A DNA stretch of 64,000 nucleotides from assembly GCA_965601925.1 (NCBI GenBank), contig OZ271854.1, positions 1,504,001-1,568,000 of the forward strand, given 5' to 3'. The notes beneath the pieces were generated by a model. That model did not search any database. It was not told the origin of the DNA and saw nothing but the letters and a program-made list of their open reading frames with translations. Shown here one piece after another: positions 57,088 through 64,000 of the stretch. Made by a program: the position numbers and the translations under genes. Position 1 is the first letter of the stretch, and each line of letters begins with the position of its first letter. Source of the stretch: Alkalispirochaeta sp. (GTDB taxonomy: Bacteria > Spirochaetota > Spirochaetia > DSM-27196 > Alkalispirochaetaceae).

Positions 57088-57930
57088 CTATCGAGAATAA
57101 ATGGAAACAACGACCGGCCCGGGTCGTCTGAGCGGTATCCGGCTCGGCAATACCTCGCCACCCGGGAGCTCGACGAGCGCGGAGCGTCCCCCGTCGAGGT
57201 TGAGCGCCCACGTTACTCCGGCCTCGGTCATCACGACGGCCAACTCATTCGTAGTGAGGCCGGCCCGGCCCGGTCCCGGACCGATACGGCTCCCCTCGGC
57301 GACGACGACTATCGTCTCGCGCCGATTACCGCCGACGGCGACGCGGGCTGCGCGGACCTGCCGCCCCGGATATCGGCCGGCAACATTGATCCCGTCCCGT
57401 ACCAACGGATAAAAGGCGCCCGCAGCGAGCCGGTACTCGTCCAGCGCCGCCGCCGGAAGCAAGCTCGCTTGCTCCCGCATCGACCAGCGGCATTCGGAGT
57501 CCACCACCAAAGCCCAATAGGGCGGTCGCGGCGCGCTTTCGAGCACGGCACCGTCGTAGACGATACCGACGGGCACCCGACCGTCGGCGTCATACCGCCA
57601 CGGTGTTACATTCACTGCGAGTGCCGACATGTCTCGGCGAGTATCGTCCGCCGCGCTTCGCCGAAGCTCGACACACGGCGCTTCACCGAGGCGAACAACC
57701 GTAACTCTCGCAACGTTGCTCCGGCGCACGGACCGTCGGTCGTCGATGCGTCTCCCCCCCGGGACGACGACAAAAAAAGACTCGACTGTTTGTGGTGACG
57801 GTGCGGCGTGCTTGTCCCGATACTCGACCGCCGACCGGGTAGCGCACGAGGCGCACACTAATGCGACAATCCAGAGGCTCGGAATAAGAACCGCTCGCCG
57901 CCCATTCACCGCTGACGCGGAACCGGTCAC
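57088..57930 (-). CDS. Phosphodiester glycosidase (NAGPA/DUF2233) family lipoprotein
   Basis: Lipobox CASC; ARVAVG..VAEG..GLT..ELA..ALNLDGGRS. Confidence 0.75.
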   Translation of the reverse strand: MTGSASAVNGRRAVLIPSLWIVALVCASCATRSAVEYRDKHAAPSPQTVESFFVVVPGGRRIDDRRSVRRSNVARVTVVRLGEAPCVELRRSAADDTRRDMSALAVNVTPWRYDADGRVPVGIVYDGAVLESAPRPPYWALVVDSECRWSMREQASLLPAAALDEYRLAAGAFYPLVRDGINVAGRYPGRQVRAARVAVGGNRRETIVVVAEGSRIGPGPGRAGLTTNELAVVMTEAGVTWALNLDGGRSALVELPGGEVLPSRIPLRRPGPVVVSIYSR

Positions 57931-57931
57931 A

Positions 57932-59209
57932 TCACGGCCGGACGCGCTTTCGATCCCTGGGAAAGAGAGAGGCTTCCTTCACGTTTTGGAGCCCAAGAAT
58001 CTTCTGAGTAATCCGCTCCAAGCCGATCGCAAACCCACCGTGGGGAGGGCACCCGTACTTGAAAATCGTGCAGTAATCACCCAACCCCTCTTCGGTGAGC
58101 CCGAACTTCGGGAGCGTTTCGGTAAGCATGCGATAATCGTGAATGCGCTGACCACCGGTAGTAATCTCGAGTCCGCGAAAGAGCAGATCGAAACTGCGCG
58201 TCCCCCGTCCTTCGGGATAGGTGTAGAACGGTCGCTTCTTTCGCGGGAACCCGAAGACGAATACCGCCTCGACGCCGTGCTCCTCAGCCGCCCACTCGCA
58301 GAGGACCCGCTCTCCCTCGGGATTGATCTCAAAGGCGGTCTTGCCGGTCCGCGCCCTGATGATCGTTTTGGCCTTGTCATGGTTGATTCTGGGGGTACGT
58401 GCAATCTCATCGGCGCTCGGCACGGTTGCGTCGAACTCCTTGAGAATATCGCCGTGGTCGTCGGCGACCCTGGAGAAGATGTGGCCCAATAGGCCCACTT
58501 CCAGATCCATCACATCGGATTCGCTGTCGATAAACCCCATCTCAACGTCGAGTGAGACGTACTCGTTCAGATGTCGCGGGGTATCGTGCTTCTCGGCGCG
58601 ATACGCGGCGCCGATCTCAAAGACGCGCTCCAGCCCGCTCGAGACCATCGCCTGCTTGTAGAACTGGGGGCTCTGGGCGAGATACACCCGCTCGCCGAAA
58701 TAGTCGACGGAGAACAGCCCCGTGCCCCCCTCGGTACCCGACCCGATGATCTTGGACGACTTGATCTCGGTAAATCCCTCGCTCCTCAGCCAGTCGGCGA
58801 AATAGTGCACGATCGCCGCCTGGAGTTCGAATATGCGGCGAATGTGCGGATTACGAAGGCTGACGATCCGATTGTCGAGAACTGAATCGATACCGACGTT
58901 GCCGAGATCTTGATTGACGGCGATCGGAAGATCGGGGTCGGCCTCCGCAAGAACCTCGGTCTCGGCGACGTGAAGCTCGTAGCCGCCGGGAGCCTTGTCA
59001 TTCGCACTGACCGTACCGCCGACGGTGACTACCGTTTCGTTACCGAACGTGGGCGGCGTTTGGTACACCAACTGCGCCATACCGCTGCGATCCCGCACCA
59101 TTACGAAGGTGATACCGCCGAGGTTCCGCACACGGTGGACCCATCCGGACACGGTGATATGCTCGTCGGCGTGGCGGGCTAAATCGGCCGCCAAAACTCT
59201 CTCATTCAT
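57932..59209 (-). CDS. aspS: Archaeal-type non-discriminating aspartyl-tRNA synthetase (AspRS2)
   Basis: 425 aa without the bacterial GAD insert; GWVH and KAPGG in the anticodon domain; YLAQSPQFYKQ, YRAE..RHLNE, PPHGGFAIGLER, LFPRD. Confidence 0.93.
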   Translation of the reverse strand: MNERVLAADLARHADEHITVSGWVHRVRNLGGITFVMVRDRSGMAQLVYQTPPTFGNETVVTVGGTVSANDKAPGGYELHVAETEVLAEADPDLPIAVNQDLGNVGIDSVLDNRIVSLRNPHIRRIFELQAAIVHYFADWLRSEGFTEIKSSKIIGSGTEGGTGLFSVDYFGERVYLAQSPQFYKQAMVSSGLERVFEIGAAYRAEKHDTPRHLNEYVSLDVEMGFIDSESDVMDLEVGLLGHIFSRVADDHGDILKEFDATVPSADEIARTPRINHDKAKTIIRARTGKTAFEINPEGERVLCEWAAEEHGVEAVFVFGFPRKKRPFYTYPEGRGTRSFDLLFRGLEITTGGQRIHDYRMLTETLPKFGLTEEGLGDYCTIFKYGCPPHGGFAIGLERITQKILGLQNVKEASLFPRDRKRVRP

Positions 59210-59211
59210 CG

Positions 59212-61713
59212 TCAGTCCTCCATCAGGGCAAGTACGCGTTCGGTGTAACGACGATCGGCGGAGGCGTTCAATAACGCCTCTACCGCTTCGGCATCGATAT
59301 CGTCGTAGTCTCCGGCGCCGAGCGCCGCCTCAATCTGGGCCGTTATGAGGCGTGTCCACGCCGCCTCGGTCGCGAGCCCTCCCATGGGTACCGCACCTTC
59401 GCGCCACAACTGGTGAGCGGTCACATACTCTGAGAAATCGACCGCTCCCTCCTGTTGAGAGGTGCAAAAGAACTGTACACCTTTCCCGCGGCCGTGGGAA
59501 AAGGCCTTGCGGAGCGAAAACGGCGACTCGCGAAGGTTGGCCGTGCCGGTGTCGAAGAGCTCGAGTACGAAGTAACGGACTCCCGCATCCATGAGGGCCA
59601 TCAAGGCCTCTCCGCGGAGACCAGGATAGACTTTGACGATATGGGTGCGCCCAATCGCTACTTCCAAAGCGCGCTCCAAGGTCGGCTGCGATAGGCTCCG
59701 TGCCGATCGCGCAATCGCCCGTCCTCCGCGATGGAGCCCGTCACCGTTCCAATTGCGAAACCGCCCCGCGACGGCGCCCCCGGCCTCCGGTCTGTCCGCG
59801 ACTCGTACACTTTCAAACTTGAGATTGACCGCGAAGTAATCCGTTTCGCCGTAGACGACGTGAATTCCCCTCTCCCCTCCGGCGGCGACACCGACGGCGT
59901 TTCGAAGATTTACCGCGGCCTCGCCGGTCGGTCCCTCGTCGGTAGGCGCGGTACTCGCGGTCAGTACGACGGGTATCGACGCATCGGCGAAGAACCAGTA
60001 GAGCAGACTGGCGGTGTAGGAGAGTGTATCCGTCCCGTGACCGATCACGATTCCGCGACTGCGGCTCTGGTCGAGTGAATGGGCGGTATGCGCTACGAGA
60101 GCGGCCCAATCGGAGGGAGTGATCTCCTCGCTCAGAAACTGCCCCAGCCGTATCTCCTCGAAGCGTACGTCGCCGGGAAGGTCGGGATCGTTCCGAAAGA
60201 GTGTATCGAGACTCACCAAATCGCCCGGTACTACCAAGCCGTCGTCCCGGCGTTGCCCGGCGATCGCGCCGCCGAACGAGTACACCTCGATCGTACTGAC
60301 GGCAAAGCGCTCGGCGAGGAGCTCTTGCACAACTCGAGGCTCCGCCCGGCCGCTGGTGACCTTCATGATCCGGCCGACCAAAAAGCCGATCGGCTTGGTG
60401 TCGCCGGAAGCGATCTGTTCGGCGGCTTGGGTATTTGCCGCGAGCACGTCGTCGACGATACGGCCAAGCGCATCGCGGTCGGTTATCTGCTCCCAGCCTT
60501 GTTCGCGAATAATCGTCGCCGGGTCTTTGTCCTCTTCAAACACGAGTTCCAAGACCTGCTTGGCAATTTTTCCGTGAATCGTGCCATCGGCGAGAAGGCG
60601 TAGGAGATCGGCCAATCGATTCGGCGTGAGCGCCGTCGCCTCGAGCCGTTCGGCGCGCCGATTGAGTTGCTTGCGGACGTCGCCGGCGAGCCATATCGCG
60701 ACCTGCTGGGCGTCGGCGCCCGCGGAGACCGTCGATTCAAAGAAGTCGGCGCCCTCCTTCTCGTCGCAGAGAAAATCTGCCTGTGCGGCGCCGAGCCCGT
60801 ACTCGTCGACGAACCGCGCCCGTCTGGCGGCCGGCAGCTCCACTAATCGCCCCTCGACCTCGCGGAGAAAGGCCTCACCGGTTCGAAAATGGGGCAGGTC
60901 CGGTTCGGGAAAGTAGCGATAATCGTGAGAGCTCTCTTTGGTGCGCATACTCTCGGTAAGGTCGCGATTCTCGTTCCACAGACGCGTCTGTTGGGCAACC
61001 GTCCCGCTACGCTCAAGAATCTCCCGTTGGCGTTCGATCTCGTAATTAAGCGCCTTGCGCACGAAGCGCGAGCTGTTCAAGTTCTTGATCTCGACCTTGC
61101 TTCCGAGACCCCGGCCGCGTACATTGACCGAAACGTTCGCGTCGCAGCGCATCGAACCTTCTTCCATATTGCCGTCACACACGCCGAGATAGCGCACGAT
61201 GCGGCGTAACTCCTGCAGCAGAACCTCGGCCTCTTCGCCGATTTCCAGATCGGGCTCGGTGACGATCTCCAGGAGGGGTGTGCCAGCGCGATTGTAATCC
61301 AGAAGCGACATGTCGCCGGCGTGGATCATTTTGCCCGCGTCCTCTTCCAGATGAATCTCGTGGATTCGCACGCGCTTTTTCTTTTTGTGGAACTCGAGAT
61401 CGAGGTACCCGTTGCGCCCTACCGGCTCGTGAAATTGCGATATCTGGTAATTCTTGGGAAGATCGGGATAGAAGTAGTTTTTGCGATCGAAGACGCACTC
61501 GTCATTGAGCTCGCAATTGAGTGAACGCGCGACCGTGTACGCCATGGCGATCGCCTCGCCGTTGAGCGCCGGCAACACCCCGGGGTAGCCCATGCACACG
61601 GGGCACACGTTGGTGTTGGGCTCGTCGCCGAAATTGGCGCGACAGCCGCAAAACACCTTGGTTGCCGTCAGAAGCTGGATATGAATTTCGAGCCCTACAA
61701 ACGATTGGTACAC
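59212..61713 (-). CDS. gatB: GatB fused to a C-terminal asparaginase/GatD-like domain
   Basis: GLEIH, RKNYFYPDLPKNYQISQ, HLEEDAGK, RCDANVS, EIKNLNS, DYRYFPEPDL, YqeY tail; then FGGAIAG..HGTDTLSYTAS..VVLTAS. Confidence 0.93.
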   Translation of the reverse strand: MYQSFVGLEIHIQLLTATKVFCGCRANFGDEPNTNVCPVCMGYPGVLPALNGEAIAMAYTVARSLNCELNDECVFDRKNYFYPDLPKNYQISQFHEPVGRNGYLDLEFHKKKKRVRIHEIHLEEDAGKMIHAGDMSLLDYNRAGTPLLEIVTEPDLEIGEEAEVLLQELRRIVRYLGVCDGNMEEGSMRCDANVSVNVRGRGLGSKVEIKNLNSSRFVRKALNYEIERQREILERSGTVAQQTRLWNENRDLTESMRTKESSHDYRYFPEPDLPHFRTGEAFLREVEGRLVELPAARRARFVDEYGLGAAQADFLCDEKEGADFFESTVSAGADAQQVAIWLAGDVRKQLNRRAERLEATALTPNRLADLLRLLADGTIHGKIAKQVLELVFEEDKDPATIIREQGWEQITDRDALGRIVDDVLAANTQAAEQIASGDTKPIGFLVGRIMKVTSGRAEPRVVQELLAERFAVSTIEVYSFGGAIAGQRRDDGLVVPGDLVSLDTLFRNDPDLPGDVRFEEIRLGQFLSEEITPSDWAALVAHTAHSLDQSRSRGIVIGHGTDTLSYTASLLYWFFADASIPVVLTASTAPTDEGPTGEAAVNLRNAVGVAAGGERGIHVVYGETDYFAVNLKFESVRVADRPEAGGAVAGRFRNWNGDGLHRGGRAIARSARSLSQPTLERALEVAIGRTHIVKVYPGLRGEALMALMDAGVRYFVLELFDTGTANLRESPFSLRKAFSHGRGKGVQFFCTSQQEGAVDFSEYVTAHQLWREGAVPMGGLATEAAWTRLITAQIEAALGAGDYDDIDAEAVEALLNASADRRYTERVLALMED

Positions 61714-61769
61714 GCTTTCTACACCTCCCTCCGCATCGATACGGTGCGACGCGGCCGGGTTTTATATCA

Positions 61770-61902
61770 CAGGCAATTTCAAAAATCGACGATTTTTGAA
61801 ATTGTCAGGATCTTTAGAAATCATAATTATATATCATGTATATAATTATGATTTCGACCCGATATTGAGGCTCTTGAAAAATGCAATTTTTCAAGAGCCT
61901 CA
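61770..61902. repeat. 133-bp AT-rich three-hairpin element, copy 2, between gatA and gatB
   Basis: GGCAATTTCAAAAATCG/CGATTTTTGAAATTGTC; GAAATCATAATTATATA/TATATAATTATGATTTC; TGAGGCTCTTGAAAAAT/ATTTTTCAAGAGCCTCA. Confidence 0.92.
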
Positions 61903-61940
61903 TCAGATCGTCGAACGCATCGGCGGCGTCGACGGGTCCT

Positions 61941-63347
61941 TTATCGCCAATGAGAGAAGGAGACGCTCTCGCGTGGGAACTGCATCGGCACGACCGACGC
62001 CAGCTGCCGCGCCACAGCGAATAACCGTTCCTCGCTGAATGAAGGTCCCATGAGCTGCATACCGACCGGAAGGCCGCCCTCCACGCCCGTCGGCACGGTC
62101 AAAGCCGGTGTTCCCGTCAAATTCGCCGTCCCGGTAAACCGATCGGCGACCTTCTGCTGAAACGGGTCCATCCCTTCGTCTCCGTGGAGAAAGGCCTGAG
62201 TCGGAAACGCGGGAAGCAGGAGGGCATCGACCGATCGAAATACCTCATCAAGTTCTCGTCGAATCAACGTGCGAATCTTTTGCGCCCGGGCATAGTACCG
62301 ATCCTGAAAGCCGCTGCGAAGCACGTAGGTGCCGAGGACCACGCGGAGTTTGACCTCATCGCCGAATCCTTCGCTGCGCGCCTTGCGCATGAGTTCCTCG
62401 GGATTCTCAGCATATATCGGATGGTATCCGTAGCGCACGCCGTTGTAGCGCGCCAGGTTGGCGCTCGCCTCCGCTGAGGCGATCGTGTAGTACGCCGGGA
62501 CAACGTACTCCAGCGTCGAAAGGGTGATCGTCTCCGTACGATACCCGAGCGTACCGAGCGCATCGGCGGTGTCCCGATAGTTCCGCGCCACCGCATCGTC
62601 CAGCCCGAGGTCGCCGCCGAGGATGCCGACGGTCCCGCCGGGGGCCGCCTCGGCCGGTCGTTCGGCATCGGCGGGAATCACTACCGAGCTCTGGTCCTTC
62701 TCGTCCGCACCGCGCATCGCGCGATAGGTATCGGCAAGCATATCGATATCGGCGGCGATCACTCCGACGACCTCCAGGGACGAGGCATACGCGACCAGCC
62801 CGTATCGCGAAACGGTGCCGTAGGTCGGCTTGAGGCCGTACACGCCGCAGAACGCCGCAGGCTGGCGGATCGAGCCGCCGGTGTCGCTGCCGATCGCAAC
62901 GGGAACCAGCTGTTGTGCCACCGCCGCCGCCGAACCGCCGCTCGAGCCGCCGGCAACGCGCTGCGAATCCCAGGGATTGTTCGTGACTTTGAGCGCCGAA
63001 TTGTCGGTGGAACTTCCCATGCCGAACTCATCGAGATTCGTCTTGCCGACGATCTCGGCGCCGGCGGCACGCAATCGTTCGACTGAGCGTGCATCGTAGG
63101 GACAGACGAACTCCTCGAGCATGCGTGAGCCGCATGTGAGTCTATACCCCTTGACAGCAATGTTATCCTTTACGGCGATGGGAATCCGTAACGTTACATT
63201 CGAGCTATCCGAGGACACGCCGCTCGGCGACCACTGTGCGGGGTCGCCGTACTCCAGAAACGCACCGACACGACGATCTTGTTCCTGTATGAAGCGCGCA
63301 TACGATGAACGCGACTCGGCAGAAAGAGATTTGTCCCACATCGGCAT
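61941..63347 (-). CDS. gatA: Asp/Glu-tRNA amidotransferase subunit A
   Basis: VKDNI, GKTNLDEFGMGSST, GGSSGGSAAA, GSDTGGSIRQPA amidase signature; LARYNGVRYG. Confidence 0.96.
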   Translation of the reverse strand: MPMWDKSLSAESRSSYARFIQEQDRRVGAFLEYGDPAQWSPSGVSSDSSNVTLRIPIAVKDNIAVKGYRLTCGSRMLEEFVCPYDARSVERLRAAGAEIVGKTNLDEFGMGSSTDNSALKVTNNPWDSQRVAGGSSGGSAAAVAQQLVPVAIGSDTGGSIRQPAAFCGVYGLKPTYGTVSRYGLVAYASSLEVVGVIAADIDMLADTYRAMRGADEKDQSSVVIPADAERPAEAAPGGTVGILGGDLGLDDAVARNYRDTADALGTLGYRTETITLSTLEYVVPAYYTIASAEASANLARYNGVRYGYHPIYAENPEELMRKARSEGFGDEVKLRVVLGTYVLRSGFQDRYYARAQKIRTLIRRELDEVFRSVDALLLPAFPTQAFLHGDEGMDPFQQKVADRFTGTANLTGTPALTVPTGVEGGLPVGMQLMGPSFSEERLFAVARQLASVVPMQFPRESVSFSHWR

Positions 63348-63626
63348 CTACAAGACATTGGGGATCGCGATGAGTCGATCCTCGAGATCGGGTGCATTCT
63401 CGAGTAGGCTGTCGGGATCGGTCTCGGATCGAAGCACGTCGGGCCGCACGCGATATGCGCTTTCCGATGCGTGTGTTGTCGGCGGTAGGTGGTCGACATC
63501 CACGGATGCCATGACGGCAAAATACTCGAGCATCTGCTCGACCGCGCCCTCAAAAGCTGCGATCTGTGCGTCGTCCAGCTCGAGCATCGCCATGTCGACC
63601 GTCGTTTTGAGCTCGGACGCGTCCAT
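63348..63626 (-). CDS. gatC: Asp/Glu-tRNA amidotransferase subunit C
   Basis: ~92 aa from ATG at 63626; VDVDHLPPT..R.D..LLENAP....IPNVL; abuts gatA. Confidence 0.88.
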   Translation of the reverse strand: MDASELKTTVDMAMLELDDAQIAAFEGAVEQMLEYFAVMASVDVDHLPPTTHASESAYRVRPDVLRSETDPDSLLENAPDLEDRLIAIPNVL

Positions 63627-63749
63627 GGGGGCAACTATGACAGTGAGGTATTGGCCTGTCAAGCAAGGACTTGGCGGCCATTTGACGAACCGGTCGGCAC
63701 GCGCTATGTTTGGCATCGCTCCACAGGCAAATCAATAGGTACAGCAGAC

Positions 63750-64000
63750 GTGGTAACCAAGAAAGAATTCCCCACTATTCATTTTTACGATCAAGACTTC
63801 GTAGACATCTACGAGCAAACCTGGGCGTGGATCCAGGACCACTGGCAAAAGGCGACGAGCCGCAACGGGTTTGAACCGCGGTTTTTTGTCGCTCCGGACG
63901 CGGATAGGATAAATCAGACCGACGCGATTTTCTCGTCTTTCTTTCTCGTGTACAGCAACAAGAACTATCCGGCCGCTCCTCAACTGGACAACTTTTACAA
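63750..64000 (+). CDS. Partial ORF, trehalase/MGH1-like glycoside hydrolase N-terminus (spirochaete type)
   Basis: GTG start; VTKKEFPTIHFYDQDFVDIYEQTWAWIQDHW..IFSSFFLVYSN..LDNFY, open to the window end; family call recalled from spirochaete proteins. Confidence 0.6.
   Translation, partial: MVTKKEFPTIHFYDQDFVDIYEQTWAWIQDHWQKATSRNGFEPRFFVAPDADRINQTDAIFSSFFLVYSNKNYPAAPQLDNFY

Noticed and set aside
1..64000. tRNA, rRNA, prophage or intact transposase genes
   Set aside because: No cloverleaf, rRNA signature, phage structural gene or complete transposase was recognised; a tRNAscan/Infernal run would be needed to exclude small RNAs.

Overview
A GC-rich (roughly 60%, by eye) chromosomal window, most likely from a free-living spirochaete. 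The taxonomic call is an inference from the lipoprotein signal peptides and the trehalase-like ORF at the right edge. Ordinary content: a TrkH/KtrB K+ channel, an OmpA lipoprotein, a sugar ABC/GH2 operon with a Cache-AraC regulator, an MntA/HepT toxin-antitoxin pair, a two-component system, an MCP, ppk1-ppx-ROK, NfeD plus two SPFH proteins, a sigma54-linked MMPL transport module, CBS-PPase and a gatC-gatA-gatB-aspS operon. Most notable: (1) GatB carries a ~360-aa C-terminal asparaginase/GatD-like domain lacking the first catalytic Thr, in an operon with intact GatA and a non-discriminating AspRS. (2) Two related tandem arrays of ~95-100 bp structured repeats; the second supplies the ppk1 stop codon. 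(3) A 133-bp AT-rich three-hairpin element present twice, once between gatA and gatB. (4) A lower-GC islet bracketed by ~130-bp direct repeats with attC-like ends, holding an AbiJ-like pseudogene fused to an IS481 remnant. (5) An MMPL-LolA-like fusion under divergent sigma54 promoters, in an operon that also keeps an internally deleted 49-aa SDR mini-gene. No CRISPR-cas, rRNA or tRNA was recognised. All family calls come from motifs read by eye, not from database searches.
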